From contig OX597824.1 of NCBI GenBank assembly GCA_951406725.2, forward strand, positions 2,542,001 through 2,606,000: a DNA stretch of 64,000 nucleotides. Direction: 5' to 3'. The notes beneath the pieces were generated by a model. The model saw only the letters and a program-made list of their open reading frames with translations, did not search any database and was not told the DNA's origin. Of this stretch, positions 1 through 12,809 are shown one piece after another (the first letter of the stretch is position 1; every line of letters begins with the position of its first letter). The DNA comes from Octopus vulgaris (Eukaryota). A program made the translations under genes and the position numbers.

Positions 1-19
1 CTATCTCTGGCTCTGTCTG

Positions 20-100
<81 letters not shown>

Positions 101-1271
101 GTCAATCTATCTATTTAACTATCTGTCTCTACCTCTGTCTCTCTCTATCTGTTATGCAGCGATGGTGAATGAGGCAGATTGTATGGCCGACAGCATTGTA
201 TGCAATTTTATTGTTTTTGTAAACTTGTGTTAAAACTTTTTACAAGAGAGAAAAGAAACATTTTATTCCCTTTGGCGTTGTTGAATTTAATTATTTCCTT
301 TTTTTACGAGACATCTGTGTTTTAATACTATTAGCCTGAAGGAAATATCCTAAATGTTAATTAAGCACAATAATTATTTATTTTTTGTTTATCCATTTTT
401 TTAAAAACTGTTTCCCATCATTTTTTAGCAGTATAATAATCTTTAAATTTTTCTTATCTTATTTATTTGATTTTCGTTAATATTTCTTATTTATTTACTG
501 ATTTCGTTTTCTGTTATGTTTTGTTTTCAACTCATATCGTTCATCTTTATAGACAGCCTTAAGTTAGTTTATATTTGTTTCAATTATCGCGATAATGTAA
601 CCCCAATCTTATATTCCTTGGAGTGGTAAGACATTATTTTTTAAACCCCACAATCAGCTGAAATGTCTAAAATTTTCGAAAGCCAATTAATTAACTTGAA
701 GCTAAAAAAAGGGGTGATTACTGGTTGATTTCCTAATTAAGCTGCACGTTTTCATAATATTTTAAATGCCTTCACGAGAAAAACTTGTTAAAACTGTAAT
801 CCTAAAACAGGAGATTGAAAAAAGAAAATATATTTTCTCATTCATGGCCGTGAGGTTAAGAAGCTTGGGGTTCATTTTTTTAAAAATCTTTCTTTTTTCG
901 TTTCACGTTCGATCACATTTCTTGGCACAACGAATGCCTTGCAACAGAGGCATGGATCGGCCAATATCTTGTGGGAACGAAGTAGACCGAAATTTTCAGA
1001 AGCCAAGCTTTCATTTGTCACAGTTATTGGACTGCAACCATGCTGAACCATCCTGAAGTCCATATTTCAATCCGGCTCAATCCATATTCAATCCTCTCCT
1101 TTTAGCAGAAACGGTACTCTGGGATGTGTGAACGAATAAACAACGATTCTGTGATGAGGCAAAGGAAAACAGTAAGAGCTACACGCACACACGAATGGTT
1201 GTATAATATACATACATAAATATATAGTTAGAAGTATAGCTAGATGGATAGATAGACAGACAGATATAGAG

Positions 1272-1305
<34 letters not shown>

Positions 1306-1705
1306 TTCGGAATGGTCATTTTGCCAGTTTAGCCAATAAAAACACATGCACTATATATTTGGTGTTATTTTGCTTCAGTGTTATTTATTTTTTACATTAA
1401 TCTTAATCTTATTTCGGCCAGAGTTCTTTCGTCACACTCCTGTGACCGCATCAGTGGTCCTTTGTTTTCTTCTTTCTTATTTGTGTCTCTCCTTACTAAC
1501 CGTCAGTCATTTTGTATTTCTATTGTATGTTTTCATTTGCGCATGCTTATATCTCTATGTGCGTCTATGTTTATTTAGTGTGTGTATGTGGGGGGATGCC
1601 TGTATTATATAGTGCGTGTGTTGTTATTGGCTAAACTGGCAAAATGACCATTCCGAAATATAACAATATCTGTTTCAACACACGACTTCACATAAAAATT
1701 CTTGC

Positions 1706-1712
<7 letters not shown>
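1306..1712. mobile_element. Fold-back non-coding module (PLE pseudo-LTR/retrozyme-like, family A) between (TA)n tracts
   Basis: 1306-1357 is the reverse complement of about 1607-1658 (2 mismatches). It encloses a minus-strand HHR-like fold, and the tail 1607-1712 recurs at about 42981-43085. Confidence 0.6.
1416..1460 (-). ncRNA. Minimal type I hammerhead ribozyme-like motif, family A (A9C variant)
   Basis: Minus strand reads GGACCA-CUGAUGC-G-GUCACA ggag UGUGAC-GAAA-GAAC-UC-UGGCC: stem I, core, 6-bp stem II, GAAA, UC cleavage site. Confidence 0.6.
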
Positions 1713-1760
<48 letters not shown>

Positions 1761-1761
<1 letters not shown>

Positions 1762-2061
1762 GAGGCGCAATGGCCAAGTGGTTAGGGCAGAGGACTCGCG
1801 GTCGTAGGATCGCGGTTTCGATTCCCAGACCGGGCGTTGTGAGTGTTTATTGAGCGAAAACACCTAAAAGCTCCACGAGGCTCCGGCAGGGGGTGGTGAT
1901 CCCTGCTGTACTCTTTCACCACTCTTTCTTCCACTCTTTCTTCTGTTGGCCTGCTCGCTTAGCCAGCGGGGTGGCGTCATTCGAAGGCTAAAACAATGTG
2001 AACGCATTGTGACCAGCGATGTGTAACTACATCTGATGGACTGGTCGATCCCGTGACGTGA
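1761..2061 (+). mobile_element. tRNA-derived SINE, family S1, tail type 1
   Basis: A box TGGCCAAGTGG and B box GTTTCGATTCC. The same head and body occur at 18357 and 56398. Confidence 0.85.
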
Positions 2062-2074
2062 TATATGTAATATT

Positions 2075-2133
<59 letters not shown>

Positions 2134-2134
2134 T

Positions 2135-2209
<75 letters not shown>

Positions 2210-2234
2210 CTACTTGTGTATGTATCGTTTATCT

Positions 2235-2365
2235 TTTATGTTTTAGTTGTTTCATTATTAGATTACGGCCATGCTGGGACACTGCTCGGAAGTGTTTAAT
2301 TCGACCAAATCGACACCAGTGCTTAAGTTATTATCTTCAATTTATCGTTTTCTTAAACCGCTGAG
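2235..2365 (-). mobile_element. Degenerate 3' fragment of SINE family S3
   Basis: GGCCATGCTGGG..ACTGC and ATCGACACCAGTGCTT match the tail seen at 12400-12540. Confidence 0.5.
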
Positions 2366-2439
2366 CTTATTGCTGAACGCTATGCAGGCATTTTTACTGC
2401 TGGAAATCCCAATGTACCTTCTTCCCCAACTCTGACATC

Positions 2440-3118
2440 AAATTCCGTAATGTCTGTGAAATTCACACCCGCAATACTGCTACATCACCTCAAGAATGAG
2501 CGCAACTATGCCCCTCTTGGTCTTCATCGTGTTACTTATTTGCTTCTCAAAGTTGGTGAGTTCTTTCTATTGCCCAGTTTCCTTCCTTCCTTTTTCGATT
2601 CTGCCTTAACAACTGTGTCACTCCAGAGCACTGGAAAATTGCCAGCGCCGTTCCCCTGTTCATAAAAGGTGATCGCACATCACCTGTCAACTACCGTCAA
2701 TCGACCTTACTAGCTGCATCGCCAAACTGATGGAGTCTTGTGTCAGAGAAACACTCTGGAAATTTTGGAGCTCTCACAGCCTTATTCGACCCTCACAATG
2801 TGGTTTTATCCCTAACTTCAGATGCTGTAGTCAACTCACTGAGTTTTTTGAGGACATCATCCAAGTTACTGATGGCAGTTCATGGGCGGATGCTGTCTAC
2901 GTTGAATTTTGCTAAAGCTTTCCAAACGACTCATGGTAAAACGCTCTGCAATAGGTGTGAAGGATGATCTCTATAACTTCTGAAGTCCTTCTCGGTCGGA
3001 AAGAAGTAGTTACGGTTCTAGGACACCATTCTTCACCCTATGAGATGACTTCTGGTGTAGCACAGGGATCCGTCCTTGAACCCCTACTGCTTGTTGCATA
3101 ATTAATGATATAGATGCC
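2440..3118 (+). pseudogene. CR1/L2-type LINE reverse transcriptase fragment, frameshifted
   Basis: Motifs across frames: KGDRTSPVNYR, KLMESCV, SQCGF, DAVYVEF/AKAF, TSGVAQGSVLEPLL, INDI. Confidence 0.85.
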
Positions 3119-3518
3119 AATTTATTTATCGCTCATCTTTTTTCTACTTGACCAGTCCATAGGTAAGACATGTATTTTGTTTCATCTCTTACCTACCACT
3201 TACTTTAGACTTCCCAGTTTATCTTTTCACTTTTCATTCTTTTCTTTCCTTCTATCTTTCTTCCCGTCTACCCCATCTTTCCATGCTTCTCCTGAGCCTC
3301 CTCATTGTACCTTTGGAACACAAGCACCACTGTTTTCTTCCTTTTTTTTATTAGTTTTCGTCATGTAGTGTCCCACATTTTGAAATACTTGCAACTTGTA
3401 TTTTTACTGGTTATGTTTGCTCTGCTTGATATATTTCCAAAATTAAACATTTTAATATGCAAAATATACTTCACATTATTACATATGCTATGCATTAATG
3501 CAAAAATATTGTATTTAT

Positions 3519-3712
3519 TGGCTATCTTCAAAATAATAACACCATCAATGGAAAATGTCAATGCCAACTTCCTAAGGCACTTATGAAAGGCTATCAAGAC
3601 CAAACACCTAGAAAAACTGATGAATGGGGTCTTGTTTCATTAGGACAATGCTTCAGCACACAAGTCCTTGGTTTCAATGGCTGCTGTGCGTGACTGGCTT
3701 TGGAGCTGGGTT
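3519..3712 (+). pseudogene. Mariner transposase fragment
   Basis: TING..ANFLRHL*KAIKTKHLEKLMNGVLFH*DNASAHKSLVSMAAVRD matches the mariner HDNA.AH region. Confidence 0.75.
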
Positions 3713-5599
3713 TGCACCCACTAAGCAAATTTTGTTGCTGGGCCACTGAGAACAACAGAAACTCTCTTCAGGATTAAAACCATTAACAGTAAGTCCTTCT
3801 TCGATATTCCGGGGAAACGAAAAGCCACAGCCCGGATCAGACACGTTGAGTTGTTCAAGGAAATCCACGTGGAGTACAGCATAGAGTTAAAAACCTTTGT
3901 GAAGCACAAGACTTACTTTATTAACAGCAGAAAATGCAGATTATGTTAAGCCAAAATAAGAACTGAGTTTAACGAATTCTGAGCACCCAGACATCTGCCT
4001 AAACTGCAGAAATGAGATTTTTAGCCCTTGCTCACAAGAAAGAAGGTATATCTTATCGTACTTACAGACCCTACCATGACTATAACTAATTGGTTTTCCA
4101 CTTTTGGCCTTGCAACCATTATATTCTAATAAACCAGTAGAAGTGCTTAATCAGACACACACAAAGAAACACATAGACACAATCAAACATGAACGGCCAC
4201 CTAGCACCCCCATTTCAACCAAAATATGCTTACAAATATAAAATAGCTACGTACATTCCAACCAGAAGCAAATACACGTCCCTTAGAGAACGCTTGACGC
4301 ATTACACCGTCTCAAAGACACTTTGTGTCCAAAGGACATAACTCTGTGTAAAACTCATTGCATCGTTTCGTCTTTTTTTTTCACAATATCCTCAAATCGA
4401 AAGTGTTTTCCCGCCTCCGGTAACGGAGAGTAGTTACCATAATTCTTATTTATCTGCAGCAAAAGAGAGCGCTCGGTATTACTTAACGTTCTCCTATGAA
4501 ACATCCGGGTTTGACACCCAATGCGAAACTGATTGGCGAGAACGGCTGTAATGGATATATAACACTCAACGCTTTGTTCAATATATGTGTATGTATATAT
4601 ATGTATATATATATGTGTGTATTTGTGTTTGTGTGTATGTGTGTGTGTGTGTGTGTATGAGTATGCGTTTATGTAGGTACGCCTTTGTGTAGGTTATGTT
4701 TGGTCCTATATAACTGTGAGTACTTATTTAAACACACACCCTCACATACACAGTTTCTAATTAACGTTTTCTATTTTCTTGACTATATTAAAAAGAAATC
4801 TTCCTCATATCTTGAAATCTCTACGGGATGACTTTTTTATGATTTGTTATCTTGCACCTCCTCCTCCTCCTCATCATCATCATCATCATTATCATCATCA
4901 CCACCACCATTTTTATCTTCTGTCTGTCGTTAGCCACAAATAATATTTTACTGTTTTTTCTTGGTATGTTATTTTGTCGTTGTTTTTATCGATTTGATTT
5001 TTTTTATCCCAGTTTGGTTGTCTAATTATTTCTTCGTTGTCAAGGCTTCCCTGATTTTTCCCTTTGCTTAAGAAAAAATTAAAATGAATAACACTTGTAC
5101 ATTTGACTTGCTTATTTATTTATTTTGTTTTTTAATTTACGCCCCTCTCATTTATCAGAACTTACCTGTTTCTTGATTCAGGGATATGTTTTCTGCTAAT
5201 TTCCACGGTTGCCCTTCTATATTCCCTTTAGTTATCTTTCCTTCCCTTTCCTTGCCTTGCTAAAGGTTCTCATCTCTTACTAGAGTCGTAAGAGCTCCGT
5301 TCGTAACAGAAGATGTTTTGGATGTGCATTAGAGTTGGCGGATCGGATCTGATCACTGCCGATTCCTGCTAGGAACATAGAGGGAGACAGATAGAAAAAA
5401 GGAGTGAAAAAGAAGAATCGATACCAGTACAAGATTGGTTCTTCATCGAACTCGATACGGATTAACTGAACTGAGAGCGCAAAGAAACAGAAGACATTCT
5501 AACCTCTGCTCTGACGACTCGACATTTTTCAACAGCCGAAGAAAGCCAAATATCAGGACTTGATCGGTGGGGTGTCTGTCAAAAGATAGCAAGCTACTT

Positions 5600-5830
5600 C
5601 ATTCCCAACTGAAAATTCGTCTAGAACATAGACTATTGAAGGAAGCCAACAAATAGATAGACATGGCAGCTGAAATCAGCTCAAGTCGGCTGTGGTTAAT
5701 AGAAGACAGACTGTGAACGGAACCCTCTTCCATGCACCACACGGACAAAATACGCTGACTAAGGAACGAAACGCTTGAGATACCTAAATTGATAAAAGTT
5801 TTCCTAGTGACACCAGCATTTTTGTGGGGG
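5600..5830 (+). pseudogene. Possible C-terminus of an RLE non-LTR retrotransposon ORF
   Basis: LLKEANK*IDMAAEISSSRLWLIE resembles the terminal AAE..S.WLWL motif of some RLE LINEs. Weak match. Confidence 0.3.
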
Positions 5831-5900
5831 GGAAGCATTCCAAAGTATATGTTACCCATATTCATGTGTATGTACATATATGTGTGTGTGTATGTGTGTG

Positions 5901-5946
<46 letters not shown>

Positions 5947-5949
<3 letters not shown>

Positions 5950-6069
5950 CATGCAACCGACCATGCAACAGGTTGTACTGGGTTACATGTTACCAGTAGC
6001 ACTCGAAAGTGACCTGACCTGAATCCTAATACATACATGCATACATACATACATACACACATATATACA

Positions 6070-6143
<74 letters not shown>

Positions 6144-6375
6144 TGTATGTATATATGTGTGTATGTATGTATGTATGTATGTATGTATTAGGATTCAGGT
6201 CAGGTCACTTTCGAGTGCTACTGGTAACATGTAACCAGTACAACCTGTTGCATGGTCGGGTCGTCGGCGACTAAACCGGCAACCCCACCAAGCTTGCTTG
6301 GTGAGGAGGGTGTTTATTGGACACCCTGCGGGATGAAAAACAAAACCTGTCAAAGGGCGGAGGAACTCTTGACGA
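5947..6375. repeat. Inverted duplication (arms of about 80 bp) around a compound microsatellite, belonging to a hairpin-rich repeat terminus
   Basis: 5957-6036 is the reverse complement of 6181-6259 with one 1-nt indel. The right arm continues into several hairpins up to 6375. Confidence 0.9.
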
Positions 6376-6526
6376 CATACATACAGTGTTCATACTCCGT
6401 TGTATCTGCGACAATCATCTTTACACAGTTCCAAAAATTGTATTCAACTAAAATAGCTGTTATTATTTTCACAACACTATCGGATATTATGTTTGGTAAT
6501 AAGAATGTTTCTAATATAACCCCCTT

Positions 6527-6578
<52 letters not shown>

Positions 6579-6599
6579 TCTCTCTTACTGTCCATTCAT

Positions 6600-7966
6600 T
6601 AAAACTAGCACTTTGTATTCTTGGTCATCAGTACGTTTACCATCAAAATGCAATGACCAGTTTTCTAAATGTAGTGTTTTCTTCATTTTCTGTTTTAGTT
6701 TAACAGCTTCTTTGATAATCGATCTGTAAATACCAGATTAGTAAGGAGTCTCGACATTGATTCCGTTTGAGGTAACTGTCGACAAACTGTTGCTGCTTTT
6801 TGGGTTCATAGCTTGGATGGTATTCCTAACTTGGTTGCAGTTCCAGTTTTGCTGTACTTCCCCCTTGTTTGTGTAGATTCTTCATCTGATTTTTCGGACT
6901 CTTGATATTCCCTTTCAGTCTCTGCTTCAGCCGTTGACGACGACGCTGGAGTCGCTCTGGATGAAGTTGGCATTAAGGACACTTTTCTTCTTTTGGATGG
7001 ATGGATAGTTTTGGAACTGACTGCCTTTCTAGTTGCACTCCTAAACTCTCCATTGCTTTCCATTTTAAAATAATACAACTTCCTCTCCTCACTGCACAGC
7101 CATTCACCGTTTTCCTTTGTGATGTCAAAACTCCCTTTCAAGGAATCCCATTTTCCTCATTTATCGTAGATATTCATCACTTTTTCTACTTTTGCTGTAC
7201 ATTTTGAATTGATAAATATTGGGAATTTAATTTCTTTTGCCATTAAAAAGTTACTCCTTTCGAAATTTTCTTTGTTCTATCTTTCCTTCAAAGGAACAGG
7301 TAGCAACCAATAATTTGAAGTTTCATTGGTATCCTGCAATTGCTTTCCAAAGAATGCTCTTCTAGAGGAACAGGGCTTCTCTTCCTATGTAAGTCTTGAA
7401 ATTGCACGAGATTCTTCGTCCAGATTTTTTTATTTCTTTGAGTGACACAAGCTCTATATTAACTATTTTTCAGAATAGAAGGTTTATCCAACTAGAATAT
7501 CCAAAATATTGTCTCATAAGATATGAGACAATATTTTAGATATTCTAGTTGGATAAACCTTCTATTCTGAAAAATAGTTAAAATAGTCAGAGTTTTTAGT
7601 GTCACAGAAATAAAAAGGAGAGGAAGCGGATATTTTCTAAAGTAGGGCCTAAGTGGTAACAAGTTAAAAAGTCTATAACTCTAAACTACTTAAACTTGAA
7701 AGCTGAAATTTGAGATATGCTGCTTCTGCATTGCATTAAGACACCACACCAAGTAAAAAAATTGAGTTGGCACTATGAACCCACCCACCCCACGCCACTG
7801 GAATTTTCCATGATTTGGGTCAAAAGTGGTGTTAGATGTCTTCAGTTGGGGGTGACGTTCTTTTAAAAAGACTTATAATATTTTCCCTACTTATATGAAA
7901 TTATTCCTCGCCTTTTGATGTAGAAAATTGTTTACTTTTAAAAAATAAAAAAAGTTATAACCCTAG
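6600..7966 (-). mobile_element. Degenerate DNA transposon remnant, possibly hAT (hATm-like)
   Basis: Minus ORF 6806-7141 (FDI..NGEWLCSEERKLYY..IHPSKRRK) with an acidic/Ser linker. The minus strand begins TAGGGTTATAAC at about 7965 next to (TA)n. The family assignment is from memory of termini, not a search. Confidence 0.45.
7426..7616. repeat. Long palindrome
   Basis: 7454-7518 versus 7522-7586: 65-bp arms, 2 mismatches, 3-nt spacer, with a looser extension outward. Confidence 0.95.
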
Positions 7967-8000
7967 TATATATATATATATATATATATATATACTAGGG

Positions 8001-8181
8001 TTGATTTTTTTCCCTCCGTCTTCCCTTCCTTGGATCTTTCCTTTTCCTATGTTTCTGACGAAGAGCTCCGTTCGAAACGTTAAACCCTCCTTCTTTCTTT
8101 CCTTTCCTGAGCGCCCAATAACACTATACTTGTTCCATGTCCTCTCGTTGTTGTATTTCTCTTTGTGTTTTCATGTTTGGA

Positions 8182-8185
<4 letters not shown>
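8001..8185 (+). mobile_element. Pyrimidine-rich HHR-bearing module (PLE pseudo-LTR-like, family B) between two (TA)n tracts
   Basis: Contains the HHR at 8051-8085. The downstream 100 bp recur at 44804-44910. Confidence 0.65.
8051..8085 (+). ncRNA. Minimal type I hammerhead ribozyme motif, family B
   Basis: GUUU-CUGACGA-A-GAGC ucc GUUC-GAAA-CGUU-AAAC, with stem I GUUU/AAAC. Confidence 0.75.
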
Positions 8186-8247
<62 letters not shown>

Positions 8248-8739
8248 CACACAAATATGTATATAATATAGTTAGTAAGCTAGTTAGAAAAAGTAAGAAT
8301 ATTAAATTTGACGCGCTAGAGCTGCTAAATTGTGGAGTGAGATAAATAGTATGTGATATAAATTTTAGGTGTTTGGTTTATAGGGATCTCGAGACGACAG
8401 TGTAGGTCAATGTTTTCGGGTAGAGTCTGTACTACCTGAGCGAATGTTAGTGGATGAAGTACTCCTCTGAAGAGTCTCTTTCTGGCTTTTGTGATTTAGA
8501 TTAGCCTTGACAAATACAATAGCATGGCTCTCTATTGAAACTACATTGCAAGGTCTCTTAAAACTAGTGCAAAATATGCGCGAATGAGAAACTCATACAG
8601 AGTGAAAGTTAAGGCCATCTAAAATGAATCATTTTATTTTAACATAATATAAACTGTTATGCATGAGGCTTTTCTCTGGTTTGATTGCTTTCATTGGGTG
8701 GGGAATCTAATTCAGCACTTACATTCTACTCGCCACGCG

Positions 8740-8956
8740 CACACACACAGTATATGTATGTATACATACATACATACATACCATACATACATACCATACA
8801 TACATACATACATACATACATACATACATACATACATAAACATATGTGTGTGTGTGTACGTATATATTTATGAATGTATATATATTTATGTATGTATATA
8901 TATATATGTGTGTGTATGTGTATATGTATATATATGTATATGTATGTATATATATT

Positions 8957-8999
<43 letters not shown>

Positions 9000-9000
9000 G

Positions 9001-9033
<33 letters not shown>

Positions 9034-9223
9034 TTGTACATATATTTATATATCTATACATATATGCATACACATATTTGTATATATGTGTATATAAACC
9101 TATATTCATATGTATATATGTGTATATGCATATATGTATGTATGTATGAGGTATGTATGTATGTATGTGTGTATGTATGTATGTATGTATATATGTATGT
9201 ATGTATGTATATATGTATGTATG

Positions 9224-9257
<34 letters not shown>

Positions 9258-9560
9258 TGTATGTGTGTATGTGTGTGCATGTATGTATGTATGTATGTGC
9301 GTATGTATGTATGTATGTATGTGTATGTATGTATGTGTGTATGTATGTATGTACGTATTTATGTATGTATGTATGTATGTATGTATATATGTATGTATGT
9401 ATGTATTATGAGCGTGTGTGTATGTATGTGTGTATGTGTGTGTATGTATGTGTGTATGTGTGTATGTATGTATGTAAGTATGTATGTGTGTGTATGTATG
9501 TATGTGTATATGTATGTATGTGTGTATGTATGTATATATGTATGTATGTGTGTATGTATA
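8740..9560. repeat. Compound (CATA)n/(TA)n/(TATG)n microsatellite
   Basis: Directly visible. Confidence 0.98.
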
Positions 9561-11774
9561 AACCTGTCATCAACTGACTAAAATTCTCAATAAATCTCGT
9601 CTGGTTTCCAAGAAGGTAAACATATCGGAAAAAGTTAAAGAATAAATACATTTCTTACGTACAACTTTTATTTCCCTTCGATTGAATCGAGTTATATTTA
9701 TGTACACTTTACATTCTTGTTCTTCCTAAATCAATACTGATTTTCTACGTATAACTCCCAGTGGGCCGTTATATTTCTCTCTCCTCTCTAGAGCTGCCTG
9801 TGAAAGACAATTGTCAGGCCAGTTCTGTTGAAGCACCAAGAACTAATATCATGGGACTCGTGTGATTGATTCTTTTGTCAGATTTTTCACTTTATATCAT
9901 TGTCTTCTATTTTCATGATTACTAAAGAATATCCAACTATATAAATGGTAAAGATAACAAAAAACGAAATAGTTTTGTACTTCAATATATTGTGATGGGG
10001 AAAAGGTGTTAGAACTGTAACAAGTTATCCGACCTTTGATGAAAACTAATAAAATTAAATACATTTTATTCTCCAAGCCATAAAATAGGGGAATCTACTG
10101 TGATACACTAATTGGTGGAAATAGCAGCCACATTTTCATTCATTCGCACTGAAACATCTTTAATTAGGAAGTACATATACGATACATTGACACTTTGCTG
10201 TCAAAAGAGGAGATAATTGCAGAGGAAATGGCTTTCACAAGATGACCATAAAAACTCCACACAGGAGTGACTTGACGATTTCAATTATCAAACTAGATGC
10301 GTTAATCTTACAAGCGAAAAAAGGAAATTCATTATTTTGAATAGTATTTTCCAGCATTGAGAGTGAGCTGTTCAAATGCAGATGAAGCTAAGAAAGATTG
10401 GTCATATATCAGTAAAAAAAATTTTTGCCGGAAAGAAAATCCCATGGGAATTGACGCCATTTGTCTATCGTATCAGGTGACCGTTTCCAAACTACATCAC
10501 AGAGACTGGCCGACTTTCAACCGTGAAATAAAAAGCTTTAATCTTACAAGTTAGAAAGGAAATTTGTTTCTTTTGTATCGTATTCTCAAGCTTTTGTTTT
10601 TCATATTCCTGAACACCTGAAAATGCGATCCACCATAATCATAGGATTAAAATAGCTTTAAAACAAAGGCGGGCATACGCATTGGAACTTTACTGCAAAG
10701 AAAACATGGCCAGAGTAACATTGCATGCAACTTCAGGAGTTTTTACAGTTTTGTTTTATTTTTTCCAGTTCGCCTCAAAATTTACGGTATAACTGCTTTC
10801 TGTTTTCATTAGATTTTTAAAAATAATACTTTACTATATAAATAAAAACAAACTTTGGTCGTAGATACACTGCCTGAAATGCTCCTTCTCTTTCTCAGCC
10901 CCTTACAATCCTCATAAAATCAGTTGGACGCCTTCATGATATACTTGTTAGGCATCATTTGAAATTGGCTGGATTCCTCCATCTTTAGTTCTGAATATAA
11001 CTGGGAAGACGAGTGAAGGAGAATGTGTGTTTGCAACAGAAAGAAAGGAGAGAAAAGAAATTATAAAAGACAAAGTTGAGCTCAGCAAAAACTGAACCCA
11101 AAATACACGGAGGTGGAACGAAGACTGCTAAACATTCTATAAAATGCGTTAACGATTCTGCCAACACTTTGTCTCATTGCTCGGCCAAAGAAGGGATGGT
11201 CACGGGAGGTAAGCTTGTAACATTCATTGATTTCATAAGAGTTGTCCACGTTAAACAACAACAATAACAAAATAATATACGACTTTCTTTCCATAAAACA
11301 TTCTCCAGTTCGGAGGAAAACACTGGCATTAATACAGAATTCTCCGCTTTCCTCCCGTTTCCGGTAACACCGAACACCGGAAGAGGCTACGGTTAAGTAG
11401 TTTTGATGGCGACAGCGACGGATCTTCTGCTGCTGCTGCTGCTACAAACGACAATGCTGCCATTCTAATGCTGCTGCTGCTGCTGCTGCTATTACTGCTC
11501 TAAATGGATTGGAGAGGTTATCAGCCATCTGCTAAAGAAAAACAAACGTACGTACGATTTCGTTCGCATCATTATCGTTCCTTTTGTCTTATCTGTATAG
11601 ATTTTATTTTCGGTGATCTGTAGGTTTGTATGTTCCTGTTTCCTTTCCAAAGATTACATACATTGATTCTTCTGTAAGAGGGCTTTTTTATTTGTATTTC
11701 ATTTCATAATACGCTCTTTAGGAACTTCAACCGTAAGGAAAGAACAAATGAATAAATATACATAAATACGTGTT

Positions 11775-11855
11775 CACGTACATACATGTGTATATATATA
11801 TGTGTGTGTGTGTGTATGTGTGTGTGTATGTGTGTGTGTATGCGTGTGTGTATGG

Positions 11856-11889
<34 letters not shown>

Positions 11890-11927
11890 GTATATGTATG
11901 TATATATATATTTATGTTTGTAAAATA

Positions 11928-11966
<39 letters not shown>

Positions 11967-12038
11967 CCATACATATATATATATGTGTGTATGTATATAT
12001 ATATATATATACATACATATGTATGTATGCATATATAA
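11775..12038. repeat. Compound (TG)n/(TA)n microsatellite
   Basis: Directly visible. Confidence 0.97.
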
Positions 12039-12397
12039 TATTCTCACCGTGAAAAGAAACTTGATTAAATCACTGGTATTTTTTTTTCTCTGTAGACAGA
12101 AAACTAAATCAATCTTCTCTAGAATTAGTAACCAATCTCTGTCCTCGTACAGGTTATAACTATTTGTAGTAGACACAACTTCGATAATAACAGGTATGAT
12201 CCGTCCAATTTGTAGAACACCGCAATTTGTAGTTTTTCAACAAGAATTAGTGAATTAATAGTAGTATTACACAATAAAAGTGAGTAACTATTCTTTTAGA
12301 TTCAGTCATAGAATACGGCCATACTGAGGCATCTCCTTCAAGAATCCCGTCGAAAGATGGACCCTCGTATATTTCAAGCCTGATACATATTCTCTTC

Positions 12398-12809
12398 ACT
12401 CTTTACTCTTTTATTTGTTTCAGTCGTTTCATAGTGGCCATGCTGCAGCACCGCCTTTAGTCGAGCAAATCAACCTCAGGACTTATTCTTTGTAAGCCTA
12501 GTACTTATTCTATCAGTCTTTTTGCCGAAACGCTAAGTTACGGGGGACGTAAACACACCAACATCGGTTGTCAAGCGATGTTGGGGGGACAAACACAAAC
12601 ACACAAGCATATACACACATACATACATATATATATATATTTACGACGGGCTTCGTTTAGTTTCCGTCTACCAAATCCACTCACAAGGCTTTGGTCGGCC
12701 TGAGGCTATAGTAGAATTCACTTGCCCAAGGTGTCACGCAGTGGGACTGAACTCGGAACCATGTGGTTCGTAAGTAAAGTACTTACCACGCAGCCACTCC
12801 TACGCCTAG
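12398..12809 (-). mobile_element. tRNA-derived SINE family S3 (CORE-like body, internal microsatellite), full length
   Basis: Minus strand: AGTGGCTGCGTGGTAAG..GAGTTCAGTCCC..CACCTTGGGCAAGTG, internal (TA/TG)n, tail ending (GAGTAAA)n-like. Multiple copies in the window. Confidence 0.9.

Noticed and set aside
8659-9651. Numerous ORFs rich in YI/CV/HT repeats (also at 11.7, 17.6, 19.5, 27.1, 33.6, 39.6 and 43.7 kb)
   Set aside because: They are translations of stop-free microsatellites with no domain signal.
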